Assembly (NCBI GenBank): GCA_040266715.1
Contig: JAPKNN010000011.1
Span: forward strand, 2,295 to 66,294
DNA length: 64,000 nt
Origin: Paracoccaceae bacterium
Lineage (GTDB): Bacteria; Pseudomonadota; Alphaproteobacteria; JAPKNN01
Direction of reading: 5' to 3'
In this document: positions 20,864-32,069 of the stretch, in pieces
Position numbering within the stretch: the stretch's first letter is position 1
How the letters are laid out: each line of letters begins with the position of its first letter
Notes under the pieces: generated by a model
The model's input: only the letters and a program-made list of their open reading frames with translations
Told to the model about the DNA's origin: nothing
Database searches by the model: none
Position numbers and translations under genes: made by a program

Positions 20864-22057
20864 TCATCTTTTTTTAGCTGTTATATGGATATGTGACATA
20901 CTTTTTTGTCTTATATACGCGATAATATATATACCATATACTAACGAAATGACAAAAGGTATAAAATGGATTCCCAGAAAATTAGCTATTACGCCATTAA
21001 TACTAGGACCCACAAGACTACCCAAAGCCCAAGCTAAGGATATACCAGCCGTTCCTGATATCAACATACTTCCTGTAAAATTTTTACCCATATCTGTAAA
21101 GCATAAGGGATAAAGGCAAAAACTCACCATACCCAGAAAAAGGATAATGATATAAAACATAAATGATCCTGCAAAGAAATGTAGCAAGGTAGATAAGGCA
21201 ATGGTCAAGACACTAATACTTATTGCAAGGATTCCTATGGGTATCCGATCAAGTAAAATACCAAATATGGGCATAAATAAAACATTGCTTATAATCATTA
21301 GCGTAAGCAGATTCATGGATTGGCTTTCTGTAAAATCTAGCGATAGAAAATATAGTGGAAAAAGCGATATGCTTGACTGCTCAAAATAACTAACGCAAAA
21401 TATGCCAATAAGTATAGCGGGTTGAATTTTAAAAAAATCCCATATATTTGTGTGTGTTTCATTATGTAATGTATAGCTATTGAAATCATGTCCATTGTAT
21501 ATGATAGGCAATATACAGGCCATGATAATAACAAATGCCACTAAAAAAGGATATATCGTATGGCTTCCTAAAACAGATACCAAAAGAGGACCAACAGCAA
21601 AACCAGCACTGATCATTGCGGCATATATGCCCTGTATTTTACCTCTTCTCTTATCGTCGATCATCATATTGAGTATGCTTTCTCCGACAACAAATATAAG
21701 CGTTGTGGCTAATCCTATGAAAAAACGTGCCAGCATAAACACGTATAAATTAGGAAAAAGGCCACTAATAATGTAGGATAAGGCACAGATTATAAAGGCA
21801 TAAATCAGAGTATTGTAAAAACCGCATTGCATAATAATGCGTATACTATACGGAGCAATAATAAGGGCACTTAAACCTGCCAACGCCGCATTGAAGCCAA
21901 TGATTGTTGATGAATACCCCATACTCTCAAGACGCAAAGCAAATAAGGGGTAACTTAAGCCGAGCGATATGGCAAATACGGCTAAACTCAGGATTGTTAT
22001 TCCCAAGAGATTGTTATCAATGCGTAAAGCTTGAGGAAAAAGCGAAAAAAATTTCAT
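20864..22057 (-). CDS. MFS transporter
   Basis: 12-TM hydrophobic profile. MFS motif-A-like GKIQG/ DDKRRGK loop between TM2 and TM3. Confidence 0.7.
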   Translation of the reverse strand: MKFFSLFPQALRIDNNLLGITILSLAVFAISLGLSYPLFALRLESMGYSSTIIGFNAALAGLSALIIAPYSIRIIMQCGFYNTLIYAFIICALSYIISGLFPNLYVFMLARFFIGLATTLIFVVGESILNMMIDDKRRGKIQGIYAAMISAGFAVGPLLVSVLGSHTIYPFLVAFVIIMACILPIIYNGHDFNSYTLHNETHTNIWDFFKIQPAILIGIFCVSYFEQSSISLFPLYFLSLDFTESQSMNLLTLMIISNVLFMPIFGILLDRIPIGILAISISVLTIALSTLLHFFAGSFMFYIIILFLGMVSFCLYPLCFTDMGKNFTGSMLISGTAGISLAWALGSLVGPSINGVIANFLGIHFIPFVISLVYGIYIIAYIRQKSMSHIHITAKKR

Positions 22058-22183
22058 ATATTATTTATGTGCACTATGTGAGTACGATATTGCAGCTATA
22101 ACACACATGATTTGTAAGTCAATGAGAGTTTTTTCTGTATATAAAACGCATAAAATATACGATTGTAAGACGTAACATGTCAT

Positions 22184-22241
22184 ATAAATATAATACATAA
22201 ATATAATACATAAATATAATACATAAATATAATACATAAAT
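22184..22241. repeat. Perfect tandem repeat, 13-bp unit ataaatataatac x4 plus a partial copy, ending 17 bp before the rpe start codon
   Basis: Read directly from the sequence at 22184-22241. Confidence 0.85.
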
Positions 22242-22258
22242 GTGAGGATTTTGAATCA

Positions 22259-22915
22259 ATGACATCGCATATAAAAATTGCTCCCTCTTTACTGGCGGCT
22301 GATTTTGGGTGTTTGGCAAGAGAGATAGAGCGAATAGAAGAGGCTGGAGCCGATTATCTTCATTTGGATATTATGGATGGGCATTTTGTTCCCAATATCA
22401 GTTTTGGTCTTGTTGTTGTTGAAAAATTACGTCCTTTGACATCGTTGTTTTTCGATGTACATCTCATGATTTCTACGGCTTCATGTTATGCACAAAGATT
22501 TATAGAAGCAGGGGCAGATAATATTACAATACATCAAGAGGCTGTAACGCACATGCATTCTGTTTTGAAGTCAATCAAAAAACAGGGTGTTCAAGCGGGT
22601 ATAAGCGTGAATCCGCTAACTTCGCTGGAGCTTATACGTCCTGCATTTGATTGTGTTGATATGGTTGTGCTTATGTCTGTAAATCCTGGTTTTGGCGGAC
22701 AAACCTTTATCCCCGAAACTATTGAGCGAATAAAGCAATGTAAATCAATGATTGGTTCTAGAGATATTGCCATTCAAGTTGATGGCGGTGTTAATCAGGA
22801 TAATGCAAAAGCTATTATAGAGGCGGGGGCAACGATCCTTGTTGCAGGTACGGCAGTCTTTTCAACCGATGATTACGCAAAAGCCATAAAAAATTTAAGA
22901 CACGCCCCGCTTTAG
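22259..22915 (+). CDS. rpe: Ribulose-phosphate 3-epimerase
   Basis: IAPSLLAADF..., HLDIMDGHFVPN, VNPGFGGQ motifs. Confidence 0.9.
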   Translation: MTSHIKIAPSLLAADFGCLAREIERIEEAGADYLHLDIMDGHFVPNISFGLVVVEKLRPLTSLFFDVHLMISTASCYAQRFIEAGADNITIHQEAVTHMHSVLKSIKKQGVQAGISVNPLTSLELIRPAFDCVDMVVLMSVNPGFGGQTFIPETIERIKQCKSMIGSRDIAIQVDGGVNQDNAKAIIEAGATILVAGTAVFSTDDYAKAIKNLRHAPL

Positions 22916-23087
22916 AAAATTACAATTTCAGTATTTTTACAATTTCAGTGTGTATAGCCGCCTGTACATGTTTTGCCATCCATGTATTGTCTTGGTATTG
23001 TCGTGACAAAAGGCAATGCATACAGATTGGTAATGTTACAATTAACTTACGCACATGATGTTGATAGATGCAAGGTGGTATTGGACC

Positions 23088-23705
23088 TTAGGGAATTTCT
23101 GGCCCCGACCAGTTTAATTCGCATATTTCTGCACTGCGTCCCTTAAAATCCCATAGACGCCCAAAAGCGCGCACTTTTCCTTTTTTGGCTTTGCCAACAA
23201 TAATATCCTCACTTACCCAATAGCTACTGTTCTTAATAATAACTGGTTTGCCATCTTCTTTACCAGCGATGGGCACAACCTCTCCATCAATAATTTTAGG
23301 AATTTGAAAGATAATAGACTCACCTTTTTTCTCGTAAGTCATATCGGCACGTTGGGCTCCAAGATAATTCGCTGTGAGAATATCAACGAGTCCTGAGGTT
23401 CCTTTGGCCTTGCCTTTTAAAATTTTTTCTAACGCCTCAAACGCCTTGTCGGATGCTTTACTATCGATATATATTCCCAATGACCAGCCGCCGCGTGTCA
23501 TGTAAGAGGGGATATCTATTAACAATCCTGCGCATAATCCCGAAAGGTCAACATTGTCATAAAAGCCTTTTTTTATTGAAATACCTGCCCATGTTTGACA
23601 AAAGCCTTCCGTTGGTCTGTGCTGTCCTAAAGAAATAACACAAGGACAGAAAACAGTGCAATTACAATTTAAAATTAACTCCCCTTGTAAGCCCCATTTT
23701 TCCAT
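23088..23705 (-). CDS. DUF1326-like cysteine-rich protein (putative metal-binding)
   Basis: N-terminal NCNCTVFCPC cysteine cluster. About 200 aa, soluble. Paired with the upstream membrane protein. Confidence 0.55.
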   Translation of the reverse strand: MEKWGLQGELILNCNCTVFCPCVISLGQHRPTEGFCQTWAGISIKKGFYDNVDLSGLCAGLLIDIPSYMTRGGWSLGIYIDSKASDKAFEALEKILKGKAKGTSGLVDILTANYLGAQRADMTYEKKGESIIFQIPKIIDGEVVPIAGKEDGKPVIIKNSSYWVSEDIIVGKAKKGKVRAFGRLWDFKGRSAEICELNWSGPEIP

Positions 23706-23754
23706 TGCGTATCCTTTTATCTACTTTGTTAGTGTGTATATTTTTTATATTTTA

Positions 23755-24513
23755 TTATACAAAAAGAATTAATGCAAAACAAAAAAATACAATCGCGGTT
23801 ATTTTATTGAAAAATTCGGGATTCGGGATGACTCTTTCAACATACATGATAAGCATCAACCCAAGCATGGCAACAATTGTATGTGTAGCCGACAATACCA
23901 TAATCCCCATAAGAGCAATGCAACATGCTAAACAATAAAACCCGCGATTAACTCCTAAGTAAAACACACCTTTTGCAGTAAACTGCCAGTTTCCAATAAA
24001 GTAGATCAATGGTGTTCGACATTTTTTAAGACAATTATTTTTCACAGGTGTTAATTGGTATATACCCGTAAGAATTAAGGCGAGGACAAGAACATTGTTT
24101 GTGTCATATGGCATAAGAAGGCTATTTAAATAAAAACTTACGCACGCCATAATGAGCGAAAAACTTACCCATACGAACATATAACCCACAATAAACCATA
24201 GAGGTAAGGCAATGGGGGTTCCTTTCTTTTGGGCTGCATAATAAATATCTGTATAGCCTGAAAGCATAGGTAAGGCAATGGGTAACATCATAGCAATTGA
24301 CATGGTAGGCCAGAATATCAGATAATCATATAACACCGCTCCATGTGATGCGGCATTATGGTGTAAATGCTGTGCATGTGTATCATGAAAGTCACCAAAA
24401 GCCATATACACCCAACCCAGAAATGAAACCAGCAGGATTATACGATAAAGCGTAAGCGTATCAATGATATGCTTAGGGAAATGTTTTATGTATTTGTAAA
24501 TAATTTCTGACAT
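23755..24513 (-). CDS. DUF2182-like integral membrane protein (putative metal-binding membrane protein)
   Basis: About 6 TM helices. His-rich loop HDTHAQHLHHNAASHG. Its start overlaps the alaS 3' end by 28 bp. Confidence 0.5.
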   Translation of the reverse strand: MSEIIYKYIKHFPKHIIDTLTLYRIILLVSFLGWVYMAFGDFHDTHAQHLHHNAASHGAVLYDYLIFWPTMSIAMMLPIALPMLSGYTDIYYAAQKKGTPIALPLWFIVGYMFVWVSFSLIMACVSFYLNSLLMPYDTNNVLVLALILTGIYQLTPVKNNCLKKCRTPLIYFIGNWQFTAKGVFYLGVNRGFYCLACCIALMGIMVLSATHTIVAMLGLMLIMYVERVIPNPEFFNKITAIVFFCFALILFV

Positions 24514-27227
24514 TGTGTGTGAATAATAGCGATTGCGTCATTAATTTTTGAGGGATCGTTACCACCTGCTTGGGCCAAATCGGGCCTTCCCCCACCGCCC
24601 TTGCCACCAATAAGTGGAGCCACTTGACGGACACAGCTAACGGCATCAATCTTTTGTGTTAACGAACTACTTACTCCAATAATAACATGCAATTTGTTAT
24701 CGCTAGATTGCGATATGACAATAACAACACAAGGTGAATGTGTATTCTTTATTGAATCAACAAGCGAGAGCAGATCAGATTTGTGCATGTCTTTAACATA
24801 ATGGGCCGCAAAAGTCATAGAGCCAATTTTCTCTTGTTTCGCGTGTGTATTTGTGGTGTTTGCGGCATCGGATATATGTGCAAGAGCAAGCTTTTTTTTG
24901 AGTGTCTGTATGGTCTGCGTTGCGTTCTGTTTTTCGGTAACCACGTTTTGTAATTTTGATAAGAATTCCTTTGGTGAAGTACGCAAAATATGCTGTGCAT
25001 TGTGTATTGTGTCGCTCATAGTGTGTACCCACTCTAATGCTGCTATTCCACTCACTGCAACGATACGCCTAATACCCGAAGACACAGCTGTTTCGGATAT
25101 AATTTTTATAAAACCAATATCCCCAGTGCGTTGGACATGTGTACCACCACATAACTCCATAGAAAAAATAGGTTGATAATTTTCAGAGAAAAAACCTTGC
25201 TGCGTATCCTGAGAAAGGTTTTGTGTGTTTTGTCCCATTGTAACAACGCGCACTTTATCAGCGTATTTTTCACCAAAAAGTGCCATTGCTCCTTGTTCTT
25301 TAGCTGTATCAATATCCATGATATGTGTTTCAACCACGCTATTGTGATGAATGCTGTTGTTAATAATATATTCAATACGCCTGATTTCGTGGGGCGTAAG
25401 AGGGTGATTATGGCTAAAATCGAAACGGAAACTATCCTTTGTTACAGAAGAGCCTTTTTGTATCACATGTTCGCCTAATACACTTCGTAGTGCTGCATGG
25501 AGAATATGTGTAGAAGAGTGATTACATGCAATAAGCTGCCTTTCTCTGCGATCAATGGATAAGGTTGCCCTACTATTGCTTACACATTGCCCTTTGCGAC
25601 ATTGTCCATAATGAATATGATATTCATTGAGAACTTTGAGCGTTTTGGTGACAATAAATTCCGCACCATTATCAAATATTATCGTTCCCGTATCGCCAAT
25701 TTGTCCCCCAGATTCGGCATAAAATACCGACTCATCCATGACGAGTGCACCCATTTGCCCTTCGCTTAAAATCGGCACGATGGCATCTTCACAAACGATG
25801 GCTTGTACACATGCTGTGTGATTATATTGCGTATAGCCCACAAATTTTGTTGGGCTGATTGTCTGTGCTAATTCAAACCACAGATTGTGCGTTCCGCTAT
25901 CACCTGACCCTACCCAGTTTTGTCGTGCTCTTACACGTTGTTCGTGCATCGCTTCATCAAAAGCCTTCTGATCAACATGAATATTGCGTTGTCTCAATGC
26001 GTCTTGCGTTAAATCGAGTGGAAAACCGTATGTGTCATATAATTTAAAGGCAATATCACCAGGAAAATGATCTCCAGAGGCTAGATTGTGACTTGTATCG
26101 TCTAGAATTTTTATACCTCTTTCAAGTGTTTTTCCAAAACGCATTTCCTCATCACGCAGTGTATCTGTAATGATTTTTTCATGCTGAATAAGCTCGGGAT
26201 AGGCGGCTCCCATTTCACGAACGAGAAAAGGTACCATCCGTGCGAGTAAGGGTTCGTGTACGTTAAGTAGGTAGCTGTGACGCATTGCACGGCGCATAAT
26301 ACGACGCAAAACATAGCCCCTACCTTCGGAAGATGGTAATACACCTTCAGCAATAAGAAAACAACTTGTGCGTAGATGATCGGCAATAACGCGATGGCTT
26401 GCTAATTCAGAATCGCAGGCCTGATGTCCCACAAGATTTTGTGAAGCCTCAATTAAACGCTGAAATAGGTCAATGTTATAATTGTCATGTGTGCCTTGTA
26501 AAACAGCCGCCATACGTTCAATACCCATGCCCGTATCAATGGAAGGGCGTGGCAGAAGATCGCGGCTTTTATCATTTTGTTCTTCATACTGCATAAAAAC
26601 AAGATTCCAAATCTCGACAAATCGATCGCCATCCTCATTATCAGAACCAGGCGGACCACCTGCAATATGCTCACCATGATCGTAGAATATTTCAGAACAG
26701 GGACCACACGGACCCGTATTACCCATGCGCCAGAAATTATCGTTAGAACGAATGCGGATAATTTTACGATCATCTAATCCCGTTATTTTTTTCCAATGAC
26801 CATAGGCTTCTTCATCGTCATAATAGATCGTTACACACAATTTGGCGATATCAATGGCAAATTCCTTAGTTAATAAATGCCAAGCCATTTCAATAGCGTG
26901 TTCTTTAAAATAATCACCGAAGGAGAAATTACCCAGCATTTCAAAAAAAGTATGATGCCTTGCCGTATATCCAACATTGTCTAGATCATTATGCTTTCCT
27001 CCTGCACGAAGGCATTTTTGTGCCGTTACCGCCCGTAATTGTTCGGATGTTTCCATGCCTGTGAAAATGTTTTTGAACTGTACCATGCCCGAATTAGTAA
27101 ACATAAGTGTGGGATCGTTATTCGGTACCAAAGGCGACGAAGGCAATATGGTATGTGCGTTTTTTTCAAAATAGGATAAAAAATGTTCACGAATATCGTT
27201 AACGCTAGACATGAAGATGGGCCTCAT
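24486..27227 (-). CDS. alaS: Alanine--tRNA ligase
   Basis: Class II aaRS motifs, Zn-binding editing-domain HxxxH...CxxxH pattern, C-terminal DHHA1 (GGGGRPDLAQAGG). Confidence 0.95.
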   Translation of the reverse strand: MRPIFMSSVNDIREHFLSYFEKNAHTILPSSPLVPNNDPTLMFTNSGMVQFKNIFTGMETSEQLRAVTAQKCLRAGGKHNDLDNVGYTARHHTFFEMLGNFSFGDYFKEHAIEMAWHLLTKEFAIDIAKLCVTIYYDDEEAYGHWKKITGLDDRKIIRIRSNDNFWRMGNTGPCGPCSEIFYDHGEHIAGGPPGSDNEDGDRFVEIWNLVFMQYEEQNDKSRDLLPRPSIDTGMGIERMAAVLQGTHDNYNIDLFQRLIEASQNLVGHQACDSELASHRVIADHLRTSCFLIAEGVLPSSEGRGYVLRRIMRRAMRHSYLLNVHEPLLARMVPFLVREMGAAYPELIQHEKIITDTLRDEEMRFGKTLERGIKILDDTSHNLASGDHFPGDIAFKLYDTYGFPLDLTQDALRQRNIHVDQKAFDEAMHEQRVRARQNWVGSGDSGTHNLWFELAQTISPTKFVGYTQYNHTACVQAIVCEDAIVPILSEGQMGALVMDESVFYAESGGQIGDTGTIIFDNGAEFIVTKTLKVLNEYHIHYGQCRKGQCVSNSRATLSIDRRERQLIACNHSSTHILHAALRSVLGEHVIQKGSSVTKDSFRFDFSHNHPLTPHEIRRIEYIINNSIHHNSVVETHIMDIDTAKEQGAMALFGEKYADKVRVVTMGQNTQNLSQDTQQGFFSENYQPIFSMELCGGTHVQRTGDIGFIKIISETAVSSGIRRIVAVSGIAALEWVHTMSDTIHNAQHILRTSPKEFLSKLQNVVTEKQNATQTIQTLKKKLALAHISDAANTTNTHAKQEKIGSMTFAAHYVKDMHKSDLLSLVDSIKNTHSPCVVIVISQSSDNKLHVIIGVSSSLTQKIDAVSCVRQVAPLIGGKGGGGRPDLAQAGGNDPSKINDAIAIIHTQCQKLFTNT

Positions 27228-27329
27228 AAGAAGAGTAAGTATTAATAATCAATAGCCAATGTTAATCTGACATCTGCTATCGTCTGTGTGTTTAGTATCT
27301 ATGTGTATTGCAAAAACAGAAAATGTCAA

Positions 27330-27368
27330 GCCAAATAGACAAGACCATGCCAAATAGACAGCACCATG
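27330..27368. repeat. 19-20 bp imperfect tandem direct repeat, gccaaatagacaagaccatg / ccaaatagacagcaccatg, in the recA-alaS intergenic region
   Basis: Read directly from the sequence. Lies upstream of the alaS start and is a possible regulator-binding site pair. Confidence 0.5.
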
Positions 27369-27424
27369 TCAGTTAAACAATTTTTATATGAACCTACACT
27401 ATGTATATTAATATAGCAGCGGTT

Positions 27425-28492
27425 TTATTCAGGTGTGACGGTCTCCTCTTCTTCACCTATAAGATTGGGTGTATGCATACTCCTAATACGCTGTTCAATT
27501 TCATTGCACAATTCAGGATTGGCAGCGAGATATTTTTTAGTATTTTCACGTCCTTGCCCAATGCGTAACTCCTTATAAGAATACCATGCACCTGCTTTTT
27601 CAATAATTTCGTATTCAACCCCTAGGTCAATAATCTCACCTAGTTTGGAGATACCTTCACCATATATAATATCAAATTGTGCTGTACGAAAAGGAGGAGC
27701 AACTTTGTTTTTAACAATCTTAACTTTTGTTAAATTGCCTAGAATTTCATCCTTGTCCTTTATGGCACCAATACGGCGAATATCAAGGCGAACAGAAGAA
27801 TAGAATTTAAGTGCATTGCCGCCAGCAGTTGTTTCAGGACTACCGAAGCTAATACCAATTTTCATACGTATTTGATTGATAAAAATGACAGTGGTATTAG
27901 AACGATAAATTGACCCTGTTAGTTTACGCATGGCTTGGCTCATCAGGCGTGCTTGCATACCAGGCAAACTATCTCCCATATCTCCGTCTAGTTCAGCCTT
28001 TGGAGTAAGCGCAGCAACCGAATCGATGATAAGAATATCAATGCTATTCGAACTTACCAGCGTATCTGTAATTTCCAAAGCCTGTTCCCCTGTATCTGGT
28101 TGCGATATAAGAAGTTCGTCAAGATTCACGTTTAATTTTTTTGCATATCCTGGATCTAATGCATGTTCTGCATCTACGAAAGCGGCAATACCTCCTGCTT
28201 TTTGTGCTTCGGCTATGCAATGAAGGGCGAGTGTTGTTTTACCTGATGATTCAGGGCCAAATATTTCTATGATACGCCCGCGTGGAACACCACCAATGCC
28301 CAAAGCCATGTCAAGTCCTAATGAACCCGTAGAAATGGATTGGATTTGCTCTTGTACATGTGTTTCACCAAGTTTCATGATGGAACCCTTACCATATGTT
28401 TTGACGATTTGACTGATAGCAGCGTCTAAAACCTTTTCTTTTTCCATACGCTTGTCTTTTCCTGTATTTTTTTCTTGTGCCATAACGTCCAC
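27425..28492 (-). CDS. recA: Recombinase RecA
   Basis: Walker [13 protein letters not shown], ...[10 protein letters not shown]..., and L2 loop motifs. Confidence 0.97.
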   Translation of the reverse strand: MDVMAQEKNTGKDKRMEKEKVLDAAISQIVKTYGKGSIMKLGETHVQEQIQSISTGSLGLDMALGIGGVPRGRIIEIFGPESSGKTTLALHCIAEAQKAGGIAAFVDAEHALDPGYAKKLNVNLDELLISQPDTGEQALEITDTLVSSNSIDILIIDSVAALTPKAELDGDMGDSLPGMQARLMSQAMRKLTGSIYRSNTTVIFINQIRMKIGISFGSPETTAGGNALKFYSSVRLDIRRIGAIKDKDEILGNLTKVKIVKNKVAPPFRTAQFDIIYGEGISKLGEIIDLGVEYEIIEKAGAWYSYKELRIGQGRENTKKYLAANPELCNEIEQRIRSMHTPNLIGEEEETVTPE

Positions 28493-28779
28493 TTATATTG
28501 TAACTTTCATCCGTTTTGCGTTAATATGTATATTTTTTCATGACGATAAAATTGTGTTGCCTTGCCTTGATATTGTCTATAGCTGGATGATTGCGGGGCT
28601 GTGGATTGTACGTTATTATAATTGATTATTCGCAAGTACCGTTTTTAAGGTCAACCACTCTACTTTATAGTGATGATTCTTCTTTTTGTCATCCCTTACT
28701 TATAGGGTTTATGTACCACTTCAATAATGCAATACACATGATACACCCATAGAAAAGGCGGGCTACGTATATTGCCAAT

Positions 28780-29982
28780 TTAGGCAAAGGTAACAAGAAA
28801 GCCCATCTCTTGTATTTTTTTAACAATCTGATCAACATGATCACGTGAACGGCTTTCTACAACGATTTCTAAATGTGTTTGTTTGGTATTGAGCTCATTA
28901 AACATACGGTGATGGGCAACATCCAAAATATTGGCACCCATGTCGCCTATGCAAGAAGAAATTTTACCCAATGTGCCAGGTTGATCATTGATTATAATAC
29001 GCATCTTTCTAATATAGCCCTGTCTTTCAAGATTGCGATAAATAACAGAGGCAAGCAAGCGGGCATCAATATTGCCACCACATAGGATAACAGCAACATT
29101 TTTGCCTTTGAAACGTGATTTTTCCTTGAGTAAGGCTGCAACTCCAGCGGAGCCAGCGCCTTCTATGATGCATTTTTCATGCTCCACAAGACAGTAAATG
29201 GCATGTTCTATTTGTTCCTCACTAACAGTGATAATGTCCTTTACCAGCTGTTGACATATTTTCTGTGTGCGTTCTGCGGGTTTTTTAACGGCAATACCGT
29301 CTGCCAAAGTATTACTTCCATATGTGTATGGTGTATTGTTAAGTGCTGCTGTCATACTTGCAAAACTATCAACCTCACTGCCGATTATTTCTATGTCGGG
29401 GTTGAAATGCTTTGCAGCAATTGCAATTCCAGATATAAGGCCTCCCCCCCCAATGGGGGCAATAATCGTATCAATGGCTGGATTATCATGCATTATCTCC
29501 AATCCAATAGTGCCTTGTCCAGCAATGATATAATCATCATCAAATGGAGGAACAAAAATATATCCTTTATTTTCTATCTCTTTTTCAACAAAAATTTTTG
29601 CATCATCAAGCGTTTCACCATGTAAAACAACTTCTGCACCAAAATTTATTGTGCGCTGAACCTTTATAAAAGGTGTGTTTTTTGGCATAATTATCTTGGC
29701 TTTTATATTGTTAATAGCGGCATGATAAGCAAGAGCTTGCGCATGATTGCCCGCAGACATTGTAATAACACCAATTTTTTTCTCTGCGTCACTTAGGTTC
29801 AGTATACGATTACATGCGCCGCGAACTTTAAAGGAATTTGTTTTTTGCAAAAATTCACATTTGATGAAAACATTTGCATCAGCACATTCAGAGAGCCCCT
29901 GAGCTTTATAAAACGGCGTCTTAATAATACTATTTGCTATAGTTTCGGATGCCTCAATAATGTTTTGGAAGGTGACGCTCAT
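28780..29982 (-). CDS. ilvA: Threonine ammonia-lyase (threonine dehydratase), PLP-dependent, with one C-terminal ACT-like domain
   Basis: PLP-lysine motif SFKVRGA. GGGGLISG glycine loop. C-terminal regulatory domain of about 80 aa. Confidence 0.8.
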   Translation of the reverse strand: MSVTFQNIIEASETIANSIIKTPFYKAQGLSECADANVFIKCEFLQKTNSFKVRGACNRILNLSDAEKKIGVITMSAGNHAQALAYHAAINNIKAKIIMPKNTPFIKVQRTINFGAEVVLHGETLDDAKIFVEKEIENKGYIFVPPFDDDYIIAGQGTIGLEIMHDNPAIDTIIAPIGGGGLISGIAIAAKHFNPDIEIIGSEVDSFASMTAALNNTPYTYGSNTLADGIAVKKPAERTQKICQQLVKDIITVSEEQIEHAIYCLVEHEKCIIEGAGSAGVAALLKEKSRFKGKNVAVILCGGNIDARLLASVIYRNLERQGYIRKMRIIINDQPGTLGKISSCIGDMGANILDVAHHRMFNELNTKQTHLEIVVESRSRDHVDQIVKKIQEMGFLVTFA

Positions 29983-30127
29983 AAAAAACCTTTAACAATG
30001 TATCTATAATACAATCAATAAATTACTTTCATTTTCTTACTTGATACACTAAATCTTTTTATATACAGATATACAATAATAAAGGTATATTGAAGAATAA
30101 AAGCGACATAAAAATATAATCGAAATT

Positions 30128-30997
30128 ATGACAAAAATTGCATTTATAGGTTTAGGGGTCATGGGATATCCTATGGCGGGGCATTTGGCAAAGGCTGGTC
30201 ATACGGTTACGGTCTACAATAGAACACAAAGCAAGGCTCACAAATGGGCCGCTGAATTTAACGCAAGCATAGCGGCAACACCTGCAGAAGCTGCGCAAGA
30301 TTGCGATTTTATTTTTACGTGTGTCGGCAATGATTCGGATCTTGAGGAGGTTACACTTGGTGATAGTGGAATTTTTAAAACTATCAAAGCAAAGGCTATC
30401 TATATTGATAATACCACAGCTTCAGCCGATATCGCACGCAAATTGTATGATATTGCCAAACAAAAGCAGTGTGGGTGTTTGGATGCCCCTGTATCAGGCG
30501 GTCAAATAGGGGCCGAAAATGGTAAGCTAAGTGTTATGGTGGGGGGTGATAAAAATGACTATGATAAGGCAAAAGAGATTATACATTGCTATGCGCAAAA
30601 TGTACAATATATAGGCAAGGCTGGCGATGGTCAGCTTGCTAAGATGGTCAATCAAATTTGTATTGCTGGTCTTGTGCAGGCCTTATCGGAAGGGTTGCAT
30701 TTTGGTCGCCGTTCGGGGCTTGATATGCATAATGTTATTGCGGCGATTTCTCAGGGAGCCGCAGGAAGTTGGCAGATGGATAATAGAGCGCAAACAATGC
30801 TCGATAATCAATTTGATTTCGGTTTTGCCATTGATTGGATGCGCAAAGATCTAGCTATGTGTCTTGATCAGGCGCGTAAAAACGGCGCGCATATTCCTGT
30901 AACGGCTCTGGTTGATCAGTTTTATGCCGCATTGCAAAAGAAGGGATATCAAAGATGCGATACGTCAAGTTTAATTAAACTGTTAGAAGATTCATAA
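30128..30997 (+). CDS. NAD(P)-dependent oxidoreductase of the 3-hydroxyisobutyrate dehydrogenase / 2-hydroxy-3-oxopropionate reductase family
   Basis: Rossmann motif KIAFIGLGVMGYPMAGHL. HIBADH-type catalytic region GAENGKLSVMVGG. Confidence 0.8.
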   Translation: MTKIAFIGLGVMGYPMAGHLAKAGHTVTVYNRTQSKAHKWAAEFNASIAATPAEAAQDCDFIFTCVGNDSDLEEVTLGDSGIFKTIKAKAIYIDNTTASADIARKLYDIAKQKQCGCLDAPVSGGQIGAENGKLSVMVGGDKNDYDKAKEIIHCYAQNVQYIGKAGDGQLAKMVNQICIAGLVQALSEGLHFGRRSGLDMHNVIAAISQGAAGSWQMDNRAQTMLDNQFDFGFAIDWMRKDLAMCLDQARKNGAHIPVTALVDQFYAALQKKGYQRCDTSSLIKLLEDS

Positions 30998-31132
30998 AAA
31001 ATTCACATTCTCTTGTCATGTGTCATTAACATAAACAATAATGTAGCCTTTTCTCATAATGATTGGCATAAGGCTTACTGCTTTGAACCAGTAAGCATGT
31101 AAAAGCAGAAATAGATAAATTAAAGGATAATT

Positions 31133-31771
31133 ATGATAAATCCAGATGATATGCAGGATAAATTCGTTAATACACTTGTTCCTATGGTTGTGGAGCAATC
31201 TAACAGGGGTGAACGCGCCTATGATATTTATTCGCGTCTCTTAAAGGAACGTATTATTTTTCTTTCGGGACCAGTTGAAGATAATATTGCCACTCTTATT
31301 GTGGCACAGCTGCTTTTTTTAGAGGCAGAGAATCCTAAAAAGGAGATTTCTTTATATATTAATTCACCAGGCGGTGTTGTGACCTCGGGCTTAGCAATTT
31401 ATGATACAATGCAATTTATTCGTCCGTGCATTGCTACTCTGTGTATAGGGCAGGCTGCTTCAATGGGGTCTTTATTATTAGCAGCAGGTGCAAAGGATAT
31501 GCGTTATTGTTTGCCTAATGCACGTATTATGGTGCATCAACCTTCGGGAGGTTTTAGGGGACAGGCAACAGATATTGAGCTTCATGCCAAAGAGACATTG
31601 TCGCTTAAAAGGCGCTTAAATGAAATTTATGCCAAGCATACAGGGCAAGAGGTTAAGAAAGTTGAAAATGCCCTAGAACGTGATAATTTTATGTCGCCGC
31701 AAGAAGCGCTAAAATTTGGATTGGTTGATAAAGTTATTGAAGATAGGGAGATGTTAAAGCAAGACACATAA
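31133..31771 (+). CDS. clpP: ATP-dependent Clp protease proteolytic subunit
   Basis: [11 protein letters not shown], catalytic Ser in GQAASMGS, His in MVHQPSGG. Confidence 0.95.
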   Translation: MINPDDMQDKFVNTLVPMVVEQSNRGERAYDIYSRLLKERIIFLSGPVEDNIATLIVAQLLFLEAENPKKEISLYINSPGGVVTSGLAIYDTMQFIRPCIATLCIGQAASMGSLLLAAGAKDMRYCLPNARIMVHQPSGGFRGQATDIELHAKETLSLKRRLNEIYAKHTGQEVKKVENALERDNFMSPQEALKFGLVDKVIEDREMLKQDT

Positions 31772-32069
31772 TCTATTTTTCAAAACTAAATATTGCAGGT
31801 AAAAAAATTTAGAAATAATACATAAAAGACTTTTCAACTGTTTCATTTTTTGTATATATGGAATGTGAATAGATCTTTTGTTATGTTAAAATTGTGTTAT
31901 TACAATTATAAGGCTGGTAGGATTGATATAAGAGGAGGAGGATTTATATAAAAGGGGGAGGAATGATATAGTTATGGTAAAGAGTGATACATTTTGATAT
32001 GATGGCAAAACGCCAGTTTACTTTTTACCCGAACATATTGTTATTATACGACTTCTTATTATATTGCGT

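Noticed and set aside
22119-22319. 66-aa minus-strand ORF upstream of rpe
   Set aside because: It is composed largely of translated 13-bp tandem repeats (YIYVLYLY…) and is a repeat artefact.
24793-27174. Numerous 60-107-aa ORFs on both strands inside alaS (for example 24793..25032, 24853..25176, 26453..26773)
   Set aside because: They are fully embedded in a high-confidence conserved CDS, with low-complexity or odd composition. These are spurious overlapping frames.
28493-28779. Looked for an alphaproteobacterial SOS box (GAAC-N7-GAAC / GTTC-N7-GTTC) upstream of recA
   Set aside because: No match was seen by eye in the 287-bp upstream region. This cannot be excluded without a PWM scan.
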